DNA of 64,000 nt from Vicugna vicugna (taxonomy: Eukaryota). The notes below the pieces were generated by a model, which did no database searches, was not told where the DNA came from, and was given only the letters and a program-made list of their open reading frames with translations. The translations under genes and the position numbers were made by a program. Positions 13,185 to 24,075 of this stretch are shown here, piece by piece. Position 1 is the first letter of the stretch, and each line of letters starts with the position of its first letter. The stretch spans positions 257,308 through 321,307 of the forward strand of contig MU061578.1 of NCBI GenBank assembly GCA_013265495.1, in the 5' to 3' direction.

Positions 13185-14812
13185 ATCTAGACATACATCT
13201 GAGGAAGAGGAGATGATGTATTAAAGAAAGAAGGTCTCAAGACTGGGTTCTAGTCCAACTCTGACACTAACTCACTAACAGTTACTAACAGTCACTAATA
13301 GACTTTTCTAAGTCACTGGATTTATCTGGACCTCAAGGTTCTCACCTACCACCTGGAAAGACTGGAGCTAGTTCTAGATCCCTAATTCTCTCCCAGTTCT
13401 GAAATGTTATGAATTTGTGACTGCTCCTGGGGTCTTCTCATCATCTCTGAGAAATCTGCTTTCAGTCTGGTGCATAGAAACTGGTTCGAGGAGAGGTCAT
13501 GTCAGGAACTTCCCTTATAGATGGCCTGACTCTCTAAATTATTTTGAAAAGTTTTCTGCTGTGCTGAAAGACATTAAATGCAAAGGTGATAAGTTCTTTC
13601 TTTGGAGAAAGTATTGTTTTATACTTCTTCTGAAATTCAATAGCTTGAATTCAGCCATACTACCCAGGAGAAAATGAGGAAAAGAGACTAGAAACCAGAA
13701 CTAAAATCCGAGAATCAAAATTTAAAGATCCAAGGATTCTTCAACTTATGTTTCCATGCAAAATAGGGAACTTGACATATGCTCTATTTGCTGCCACTCA
13801 AAGTTGCTGTTAAGATTAAATGAGATATTCCTCAAATAGTTTCAACAAACACTTATTGATCGAGTGATAGCTCCCTGGCATGACCTGTATATTGAAAAGC
13901 ATTTTGGATAGTGAAAAATACTGACTAAATATAGGAATCATTACTAACAGCTTATAAAATAATGTCCAAGGTATGAGGAAATGCCAACCAATGGGCAAAT
14001 TAGAGTGCAATTTACAAAGTCCTCTCTGGTCCTCCTGGGTCACTTCACACTGGGATGTATGATCATTAAATGTGACCCTCAAAGGCACTATGTCTAGAGG
14101 AGGGGAAATTATTCAATTTTAAGACAAGATTTTAAACAAGGGCCGAACTGTTTCATCTGCTTGGATTTGGGTCACTAATTACACCCAGTGATCTTCAAGT
14201 AATGAATGTAACAGGACCTCATAAATTGTGCAGTGGCAATGAGTTTCCTTTCTGCCCTTTTTCATCATAAATTGAGACTGATGCCTTTTCCAATTAGTTA
14301 ATGGCAATTCTATGTTTATCACAGAGATGAGACAAAGGAGGAGGGACTTGGATTAGAGTCTTTGTTGTGCTGATGTTGTGAGTCCCTAAATCTGCTCTTC
14401 TCCCTCTCTGATCTTGTTTCCTTGTTGGAAAAAGTATGATGTTGCATCAGATGATTTCTCAAGTCTTTTATGACTCTCAAATTCCAGGATTGTAAGTAAA
14501 ATTCATTTGTAATGTTGAAGAAGAGACATTATTAAAATGGTCAAACTTCATATTTCTCCCAATGGAAGATTATCTTTTATACTGATTTAAAATAAAGTGA
14601 TGTACTTGAACTGCATCTAATTTCTGGTCACAATGAATAGCAAAGCAGGTTTAAATCACAGCATGGGAAATTTGGGATAGAGAAGAAAGGATGTCTTATT
14701 GGTAACTGAAGAAGGATAAGCCACTATATACCTTCCCAAAGATGTGGTGTGGGTCTTAGTAGTTGAGATTATTAAAGGGAAGCTAGAAACTTTATGTATT
14801 TGGCCAAGTGCA

Positions 14813-15155
14813 TGTTATGGACTATAAGTGTGTGTTCTCTTAAAATTTGTATGAGGAAATTCTAGTCCTCAGTGTGTGGTATTAGGAGGTGGGGCCTTTG
14901 GGAGGTGATTAGGTCATGAGGGTGGAGCCCTCATAAATGAGATTAGTGCCCTAATAAGAAGAGATCTGAGAGCTTGCTTGCTCTCTCTCTCTCTGCTCTC
15001 TGTGATGGACAGGTCACTGCAAGAAGACAGCCAATCACAAACCAAGAAGTGGGTTCTTACAGACATCGAATCTTCAGACAGCTTGTGAGAAACAGATTTC
15101 TGGTAAGTCACCCAGTTTGTGGTACTTCTGTTATAACAGCCTGAACTGACTAACA
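14813..15155 (+). mobile_element. MLT1A-like MaLR solo LTR
   Basis: 'tgttatggact...ggtggggcctttgggaggtgattaggtcatgagggtggagccctcat...ctgaactgactaaca'; flanked by direct repeat AAGTGCA (14806-14812, 15156-15162). Confidence 0.9.
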
Positions 15156-15570
15156 AAGTGCATTTCTTTTGAGAAGGAAGAAGATTGACCACAGAATAGA
15201 ATGAGGAAATTTTTCAATAATGCAGCCTAGCCCAAGGATCACTAAACCAGCTCATAGTATCAGGTGAGCTGCATTTGAGGACCAGACCTTAGCCGTTTCC
15301 TACTTGCTTTTATTTTCTCCAAGGACTTGATGCTGTGACTTCAATATCTGTTTCAGCTTCCATCTTCTCCTGAGTTATCCTTCCTGGTAATCCAGATCTT
15401 ACATTTCCACTATTTATGAAACCTAGTTCTTTTCACATTTGCAATTCCTGGAATAACTAGGCCAGCCATAGTGTCCTGGAACCCAACCATTGCTCCTGAC
15501 ATTAGGTCAGAGAGGAAAGCCAAGCACCTGTAATACTCAAAGTTCTCTAGAGAAACAGAGCACTAGGATA

Positions 15571-15800
15571 TTGCTGCTTCTCAGAAGGAGAGTAGTTATC
15601 TGATGATAATGGCAGGACCTTGCTCCAAAATCCTAAAGGCCTTCACTGCGATTCACCTATGGGGTCCTGCCAAAGACTTCCAGTAGCATCCGTATCTGCC
15701 ACTGCCACTTAGCATCATTGGATCTGCTGGATCATATATTCTGAGAGGTAGAGCAGCTGGAGTAACAGCCTGAACATGCTGCAGAATCTTGGCTTCGTGG
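15571..15800 (-). pseudogene. ERV-L pol remnant (RT connection / RNase H N-terminal region), frameshifted, with a stop codon
   Basis: Manual minus-strand translation EAKILQHVQAVTPAALPLRIYDPADPMML / VAVADTDATGSLWQDPIGESQ*RPLGFWSKVLPLSSDNYSPSEKQ closely matches HERV-L pol as I recall it (LQQVQAAVQAALPLGPYDPADPMVLEVSVADRDAVWSLWQAPIGESQRRPLGFWSKALPSSADNYSPFEKQ). Confidence 0.88.
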
Positions 15801-16109
15801 GTCCTATATCAATCAATTCGGCCTGATCCAACTTTATCGTCCATCATTCCCCCATACCCTTAGTATCTACTTCTACACACGTTCCCTGAATTAGAATCTC
15901 CAAGTTCATCCTTTTCTCTCACCACTTTGTAGAAATTACTAATTGACACTTTAGTCTGATACTTGTACAAAAAGACTTACAAAGTAATGAGGTAGTTGAG
16001 TGATAATAGTGATGAATTCTGCCAATGGTGTAGCAGTGGGGAAATCGAGGAGGGCTTTACAGAGGAGGTGACATCTGAGTGGGTGTTGGGGTTGAATGGA
16101 AGTTTTTAT

Positions 16110-16460
16110 GTCAGTCAAGGCTACTGGAAAGTATACTTTTTAAAATTATTTAAATTGTTTTCCCCTTTGACCCTGAAATTTATTTAAGGACTTTCCTCTA
16201 TAAAATAAAAACTGAGCAAGTGTGCAAATGGTTGTCCAAAGATGTTCACTGCACTGCTGTTTATGAGAAATTAGAAACAACCTAAAATGCCCATGTATTT
16301 ATAAGAGAATTTATAAATCATAGTAGGAACATAAATCAAATACCTACGTTAAAAGGATATAGATCTATGTTTACTGCAACAGAAAAATTCCTGATAAATT
16401 TTTGGCTGAAAAACAAGCAAAGAAATAACAGCAACAAAAACCCAGCTAACAGAAAAATAT
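16110..16460 (+). mobile_element. Old L1M (L1ME-like) fragment
   Basis: 'cccctttgaccctgaaattt...aaagatgttcactgcactgctgtttat...gaaacaacctaaaatgccca' resembles L1 ORF2 end/3'UTR. Confidence 0.7.
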
Positions 16461-18229
16461 GAGTAGCATGAGATCCTTTATACAATGTTCTGGGCATTTC
16501 TTTGATGTTTTATGGTATGAAGAGCGAGGCTGGCTCTCTATGGGCAGGTTTTCGGGCTTTCCAAGGGGTCCTGGATTCCTAAAGACAGAGGATGGGTGCT
16601 CAGGGCATACTCAGAAAATTTTAGAAAGAAGGATGCAAACAGCTTGCAAAAATGAATATAATCGGAAAGCAATTAACTGGTGTTGGTTATTTTCAAGGCC
16701 TGGAGCTGCCCCCATTTCAGCTTGAGAAAACATAGCCTTGGTTGGCTCAGCACTTAATCCCAGATGAAGTCCTTCAAAGTGGAAAATTTCACTGTGATTT
16801 ATTTTTTTCCAGATGTAAATATATAGCAATAATGCAGTTATAAAACTGGCATTGTATTAAACCATAAATTATACTTGACACATAATAATGTTGAATTACT
16901 ATGGAAGTCCATCAACATGCAGTGGCATTGCCAACACACAGGCTGTTCCTGCTTGCACCAGCGCTATTGCTTGCTCTGCAATGAATAAAGTTCTGGGGAT
17001 CTTTGCTGTCGGGGTCAAAATGGAATAAATTCCAGCCAAGAGAGAGGTCAGAGTCAGGCTGGGGCTGAGGGCCCCAGAACCATAGGGATTCATTCCTTTG
17101 CTTATTATTCATTCAGTCCATTTTACTGACCTAATTGTGCAATGCTAGGCTCTGAGGATGGATAAGAAAGACCTGGTTGGCCTCTGTCTTTAAGCAGAGA
17201 ACAGAGGGGCTTCAAAACAAATTGTACAACTCATTACTTAATTACAGTGAATACATGTAGTAATTCCTTGGAGATTTGGTCTCTTCTCACTGGTAGTATC
17301 ACTGCCAATGGTAAAACAAGGTTATGGGGCCAGTCTCGATGGCGAGGAGGAAACTAACCAGAGTGGATGGAGCTAGAGTTCAAGTACAGGAACGTTGTCT
17401 ACACAGCTGCACTTCAGGTCAAAGAATCTGAATTGGCTAACAGATCCAAGGAGTAAAGATGAGGCTAGTGAAGAGAGGCTTTCAGGCCAACAACCTTAAA
17501 CCAGTTCATAACAGCTGGGAAGCCCCTGAGCCCACATATGGTTGCTTGGTTGGTTTGTCTGCTTGAATTGCTGATTTCCGATTGCCAATGCCAATAACTT
17601 GCTTGGGGAGCATTCAATAAACAGTTACTAAAAGAACGAGTGAACTAAAAATGCAATAGTGTGGAGTGTTGAGTATTACGATGATGATGATGATTATGAT
17701 GCAGTGGGGGCTTAATCTGCATGGTGGGGATATCTGGACAAATCCTCCGGGGGTCTGTTTATGTAAGTCTCTCCCTAGGCTTCCTGGGAAAGGGGTGCAG
17801 GGAACTCTGAAGCTGACATCCAGCTTTCCTAGAGGGCCAATTAATAGCACTCTTATAAAGAGAACCAGAGGCCACCGAACAGCAAGGGATGAACATTCAC
17901 TGTGAGGCAGGAGGATAGTGAAACCAACTGACACAGTTTGTGGTCAGCAGAGAGGGAGGTGGACATTGTAAAGAGTTTCGGTTTTCTGGGGAAAACACTT
18001 CATGTCTCTTCTGGGAAAGAAAGCTACGACAGAGAAGGACCCGGGTGGGCTGCCCTTTGGAGGAGAATAGAAATAGAAATAATTTGAGAGGAAATTTTTC
18101 TCTGTGATCAATTCTTCAGAAGCAGAGCATGGAAATAGCAGCTAATGGCCATAGAGAAGTACTGCAGGGATGCCCAGCGGATTTGGAGGCTTGTGGTGGG
18201 AATTCAGATTGTACAGCAGGACTGTACAC

Positions 18230-18910
18230 AAGGACTTGAATATCAAGTGCTGGGGAAACAGAAGTGGATAATGCATGAGTGTTCCTTGCCCTCGAGCTGA
18301 CTGCGGTCCTATATTGTCAGGCTGTTCTCAGGGATGTGGAAGGAGGGGGTCTCCAGTTCAGTATGGTGATGGGTGCTCAGGGAGGGATATTTAGGGAAAC
18401 TTCCAAAAGGAGGTGATGACTGAGAATTAAGGGATAAGCAGATGCTAGCTGAAGAGGGAGGTAAGGACACTTCAGGCAGGGAGGTTACATTTATAAAAAA
18501 GGGGGAGTGGGTGAGAATCAGTATGGTTTGTGGGAGGGATTATAAACAGTTGGTGTTGCTGAGAATAAAATGAGAAATAGAGAAAGGAGGAGGTGCGGCT
18601 GGAAAGAAAACGAGGCCAGGTTTATTCAGTCTGCAAATGTTTCTCTTCACCGTTTAGTAGTCTCAGAACTGGAGACAGACGGAGTTTAGAATCCAAAACA
18701 GGTTGACTGCCATGCTTAGGTGTTTGGGTTTTCTCATGGGGCAATTGGGAGCCATTGATGGTTTAAGCGAGAGAGCAGTGAGATCACATTTGCATTTTAG
18801 AATCATTCTTCTGGCTGCAGTATGGAAACTGGGTTTGATGGGAGAGATGGAGGTGGGAGGCATAGTCATGAGTAACCAGCAAGAGAGATAATGAGGTTGT
18901 GAGCTAGAAG
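18230..18910 (-). mobile_element. L2 fragment
   Basis: 'ggcaattgggagccattgatggtttaagcgagagagcagtgagatcacatttgcattttagaatcattcttctggctgcagtatgga'. Confidence 0.7.
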
Positions 18911-19733
18911 GAAGGTCTTCCCACATCCTGGTTCCCCAAGGTGGGTGTGGATCTGAGAAACAGGGCTGCCAGGGTGACTGTGGGTGGAAGGATGAAATCC
19001 CATTTGGTTCTGTAGGAGCAACAATTAGGTGCCCAGGAAAAGGGAAAACATTTATCTGTCCCATCCCTCAGTGGTGCTTTTGTGCAGCGAAAATTGTGAA
19101 GTTGCTAAGTGGGAGGTGTGATTTATTTCATTTGGTACTCCCCAAACCAAGGGTGGTCAGGGCGGCAATGCAGACCACAAGCTGGCTAAGGGAGATGAGA
19201 AAACCAACCCCAATTTGGGAGGCAGGCCATTCCTAATTGAACTGTTGAGGGAATTTTGATAAATGACCTCGCCAAAGCAGTGAAATTAATAAATCATGCT
19301 TGAGGCTGAAAGACTGTTTCCAGAGGGACAATAACAGGGCTCAAATCCCACTGATGCTGGTGGCTTGGAAGGTGGCTGGAGTGTGTGCAGGAAACTCATG
19401 GTCTTTCTCCACTCTCTAGGTGGGCTGGAGGAGCAAAACCCTAGTTAGCATGGTCACTCTTCAAGTTTTTTTTTTTAAAGCAGAAGAAAGTTGCACTTCC
19501 ATGAGGAAGGAGAAAGGACCAAGCTGCTGCCTAAGACAGAAGGTTAAAGACATCCTTTTCAGACTTAGCGACGGGTGAATGGATTCTGATAGAGAAGACA
19601 GCAGTCTGCATGGCTGCTCAAATCAAACGCCAGAGGGGAAATGAGGGGCAGGGCACTTCGCTCTGTGCAATGATCTCTTTTTTTTCTAAGGGTTAGCACC
19701 CCTAGGATCCTTGTCTTTTCAAATATCCTTTCC

Positions 19734-20255
19734 AGAAAATATTTGCAAATGATTTGACTGACAAGGGCTTAACTCCCAGAATATACAAACAGCTCATACA
19801 ACTCAATAACTAAAAACAAACAACTCAATCAAAAAATGGGCAGAAGATCTAAACAGATATTTCTCCAATGAAGACATATCGATGGCCAATAGGAACATGA
19901 AAAGATGTTCAATATTGCTAATTACCAGAGAAATGCAAATTAAAACTACAATGAGGTATTCACCTCACATTGGTCAGAATGGTCTTCATTAAAATGTCCA
20001 TAAACAATAAATGCTGAAGAGGGTGTAGGGAAAAGGGAACCCTCCTACACTGTTGGTGGAAATGTAATTTGGTGCAGTCACTATGGAGAACAGTATGCAG
20101 ATTCCTTAAAAAACTAAAAACAGAGTTACCATATGATCCAGCAATCTCATTCCTGAGCATATATCCAGAGGAAATTCTAATTTGAAAAGATACATGCCCC
20201 TCAATGTTCATAGCAGTACTATATACAATAGTCAAGACATGGAAGCAACCTAAAT

Positions 20256-20291
<36 letters not shown>

Positions 20292-20745
20292 GAATACTAC
20301 TCAGCCATAAAAAAGAATGAAATAATGCTATTTACAGCAATGTGGATGGATCTAGAGATTATCATACTAAATGAAGTAAGTCAGACAAAGACAAATATCA
20401 TATCATTTGTATGTGGACTCTAAAAATATAACACAAAGAACTTATTTAAAGAACAGAAACAGACTCACAGACATAGAAAATAAACTTATTGTTACCAAGA
20501 GGAAAGGGTAGGGGAAAAATTAGGAGTTTGGGATTAGCAGATGCAAACTACTATATGTAAAATAGAAAAACAATAAGGTCCTACTGTATAACACAGGGAA
20601 CTGTATTCAGTATCTTGTAATAACCTATAATGAAAAAGAACATACATATGTATAACTGAATCACCTTGATGTACACCAGAAACTAACACAACATTGTAAA
20701 TCAACTATACTTCAGTGAAAAAACAAACTCCACCCCGCCACCCAG
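19734..20745 (+). mobile_element. 5'-truncated lineage-specific L1 (ORF2 C-terminus + 3'UTR), cetartiodactyl-type
   Basis: Translates to KIFANDLTDKGLTPRIYKQLIQL and [33 protein letters not shown]...KTWKQPKC with stops; TSD CAAATATCCT at 19720-19729 and 20746-20755. Confidence 0.95.
20258..20289 (+). repeat. (CA)n microsatellite inside L1
   Basis: Perfect (AC)n run of about 16 units. Confidence 0.95.
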
Positions 20746-21008
20746 CAAATATCCTCCCTTAGCTTCCTGGACTCTGAGATGGAGCATCCCATCCCATCAA
20801 GTCAAAGCATTTACAAGGAAGAAAAAAATCAAATCCAACTTGGCACATGACTTTTCATGGCATTCGGGGACCAATTCCAACCTCATGCGCTCAGCATCTG
20901 TCTTTTAGTAGAGAAGAACAGAATGAGGTCTCTCTGAAAAGGAAACAGCTCTTAATCCTCATAGGGTTGGCATTACCATCCTCATTTGATAAATGAGGAA
21001 ACTGAGGC

Positions 21009-21590
21009 TGCGATATTTGTGATTTATAGTAAGAAATGTGTGTTTGATCTTCTTCCCATTTCTAGCACAGAGTTCCTAAAACCCATGGAATTTCTTAATG
21101 ATGAAAAGTGGTAAAAGTAACTTTGTTAGGCTAAAATGATGATTTGGGGACTTCTCCTAAGGATGGGAGTTGGTTGCCAGGAGAACCAACCATGTGATTA
21201 GAGGGCTGGAACTTTCATTCCCATCTCCTAACTTCCAAGCTGGAGGCTGAATCAATCACCAATGGCCAATGATTTAACCAATCATGTCTATGTAATGAAG
21301 CTTCCATAAAAAACCCGAAGGGTGGGGTTTGGAGAACTTCTGCATTGGAGAACACATGGAAACTTGGGGAGAGTGGTGAGGCTGGAGAGGGCATGGAAGC
21401 TGTGCACTTTTCCCCCACCCTTGTTCTATATGTCCCTTCCATCTGGCTGTTTCTAAATTATATCCTTTTATAGTAAATTGGTAATCTAGTAAGTAAAATG
21501 TTTCTCTGAGTTCTGCGAGCCACTCAAGCAAATTAACCAAACCCAAGGAGGGGGTGGTTGGAACCTCTGATTTGAAAGTATAAGTCATGA
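21009..21590 (+). mobile_element. MER21-like ERVL LTR (3' truncated), adjacent to a MIR fragment
   Basis: 'tgcgatatttgtgatttatagtaagaaat...agcacagagttcctaaaacccatggaatttc...gaaccaaccatgtgattagagggctggaactttca'. Confidence 0.85.
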
Positions 21591-21660
21591 ATATATATTC
21601 ATATATTTGTTATCACACACACACACACACACACACAAACACATAACACACACATGCATA
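21590..21660 (+). repeat. (TA)n/(CA)n microsatellite
   Basis: Short TA-rich stretch followed by a (CA)n run. Confidence 0.9.
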
Positions 21661-21726
21661 GGGGTACTCTAGCTTTAACCAATGCAATTACAGTAAATTA
21701 CCTGCCTGTTCTCCGTAAGCACGAAG

Positions 21727-21743
21727 GAGCCACCTGATGGCAG
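21727..21743 (-). promoter_or_regulatory. Possible CTCF motif
   Basis: Reverse strand CTGCCATCAGGTGGCTC vs CTCF core CCASYAGRKGGCRS (2 mismatches). Confidence 0.35.
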
Positions 21744-22134
21744 AGGTACACCCCCAGCTTGAACACAGATGTTTCTGTCCTTCCATCTAACCTGATTTGT
21801 AGGCTGGGAGGAGATGCGTGTGGGCTGAAAGGCAAGCTGTATGTTTTTGTGTGTATGTTCAGAGTTCTTATAATGGACCTTTCTCTTTCTACCCGCTACC
21901 CCACCAGGATTTGCAAATCATGACTTACACTTTCAGATTTTTCTGCAGCACTGGAAAGGGAACAAATACAGTAGATGAACGGTATTTGTATTGTCATATT
22001 TAAGAACTAGTGAATATTTTGGTTCAGAAGTTTTTATTTTTTTGCTTGGGTAGGTAGGTAATTTGCTGGTTACATTCATGTAACAGTTCTCAAAGCATTA
22101 TCTTGTAAGATGGTCTTGACCTCCCCGTGAGGTA

Positions 22135-22460
22135 GGTAATTCATTAATACATTCATTCATTCACTTACTCATTCAAAAAGGATTCTTTGAGTTCCTACTA
22201 GATGCCAGGCATGTTTTAAAATTCTGGGATTGGGGCACATATAACAGAAAAGGTTCCTGTCCTTGTAGAGCTAAAAATTTAGGTGGGGAGAGGGGAGGTA
22301 GATGATCATAACATAAACAAATGGAATGAATGGTGTGAGATGACAGCCAGTGGCTGGAGGGGTGGATTATTGGGGGTATGAGTCAGTGAAGCCAAGGAGG
22401 TGACATTAAAGCTGATATTTGAAAGACAAGGAGTTGTTGGCCATGGGAAGCTAGAAAGAG
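22135..22460 (-). mobile_element. L2 3' fragment
   Basis: 'attcattcattcacttactcattcaaaaaggattctttgagttcctactagatgccaggcatg'. Confidence 0.75.
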
Positions 22461-23035
22461 CTGGACTGTTTCAGCAAGAGAGTCTCAGAGAGAGACAACA
22501 AATGGGAAATCTCAGAGAGGCGGAATGGCTCTCCCAAGGTCACACAGTTAACTGATGGGTTTGCTTAAGATTCTACAGAGTCTCTGACTCTAAGTCCAGG
22601 GCTCTTTTCATATGCCATCTCCCCAGTGCTCTTTCCAGTGATCTCTAGCCAAGTCTTCACATTGTAGGATTATAGGATGCTATAATATTTATTTCATCTT
22701 CCATTATTAAAACTTCAGTGGTTGTCATTTTAGGTGGTGCAGCTGATAGAGCATGTAACATTCCTTCAATGGTACAAGTTATGGAAAGTCATGAAGATGA
22801 CTTCCCAAGACCATCAATGTTCCCTGTAGGAGATTCTGACAGCACAAAAATCCCCTTTTTCCATTCTCAGAAAGTTTAGTTTTATCCTTTCTTTCTGTCC
22901 CCTCCCATCTAACTTTTCTGGAAGATCTGACTACCTGTCTCTTCCAAGTACCTAATACAATAAACCTCCAGAGTGTTCCTGAGTTTGCTGGGAGAACAGC
23001 TGATGCAAAGGTCAATTTCCTGCAGTACCTTAAAT

Positions 23036-23256
23036 CGTTGGTTAACAAACTTTCTGTAAAGGGCCAGATATATAATATTTTCAGCTTTGTAGGTTATGTG
23101 GTCTCTGTCCTAGAGACTCAACTCTGCCACTGTAATGGGAGAGAAGCCATGGTCAATTTGCAAATGAATGGGGGTTTCTGTGTTCCAATAAAACTTTATT
23201 TATAAAACAGGTGGTGGGCTGGATTTGGCCCATGGACTAAGGTTTGCTGATCTTTA
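23036..23256 (+). mobile_element. MER58A MITE
   Basis: 'aacaaactttctgtaaagggccagata...gttccaataaaactttatttataaaacaggtggtgggctggatttggcc'; 8-bp TSD ccttaaat/ccctaaat. Confidence 0.9.
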
Positions 23257-23859
23257 CCCTAAATAATATAACAATTTCATGGAACAGGAGGGATGAGGAA
23301 ACTGGACACTTTGCACTCTAAAACATGAGCTAATGATTTGATAAACCGTGATAAACCAGAACATTTTGAATTAGGAATTAGGAGACCAGCTTCCAGAGCC
23401 TGTCTGGTCATTAATTTACTTGTCATCTTAAATAGGTCTTCAAATCTCTGGGTCCAGTGTTCTCCACTGGCAACTTGAGTGTAGGATTAGCTGAATTCTG
23501 AAGTCCATCTCTGGCTACCTTATCCTTTAGCCCATTTCAAACTGAGGGCAGTGGACCTCAGAGAGGCACTGGCATTACTGAAACATTTCCCGGAATTGAT
23601 CTGCCACCAGGCATTGTGATTTCAAAGTCGGTTTAACTCCAGCAAAATATGCCATGTGGGTATCTGTATGCAGATGCTGCTGTGATTAGCAAAATGCAAA
23701 GTCATTTAAACATTCGCAGAATCATAGTAGCTTTCTGCGACAATGCATTTTCTCTATCAACAGACACTAAAAATGCAACTACTACTTACATGATGGTCTG
23801 CTCAATTTTTAATGTGCGAGAGGAGTTCTTATAGGCAAAGTTGGGCTCTGCATTTGAAG

Positions 23860-24075
23860 TCAGGCAAGCCTGTATTGGATATCCAGTGCTGCCCAGCATG
23901 GGTTCTGTGACCCGTGGGCAAAGTATCTACCCCTTTCAAATCTCCATTTTTCATCAGTGAAATGGGAATAATGGTAAGTAGTTCCTAGTTTTATTTTTAG
24001 AATTAAATGAGAGAATATAGACAAGGCAATTAACATAGTGCCTGACATATAGGAAGCACATATTAATGTTGGTTA
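23860..24075 (+). mobile_element. MIR SINE with a decayed trinucleotide tail running to ~24200
   Basis: 'ctgtgacccgtgggcaaagtatctacc...ctccatttttcatcagtgaaatgggaataatggta...gaattaaatgaga...atagtgcctgacatataggaagcac'. Confidence 0.85.

Noticed and set aside
13270..13302. Short tandem micro-duplications (10-bp x3 here; also ~11455, ~24704/24734, ~43859/43882)
   Set aside because: These are ordinary slippage events with no sign of function.
17255..18230. Possible ancient Gypsy-like LTR sequence
   Set aside because: I could not identify termini, a TSD or diagnostic motifs.
19960..20289. 109-aa minus-strand ORF (also 38137-38352)
   Set aside because: These are antisense translations of L1 ORF2/3'UTR, a common false protein.
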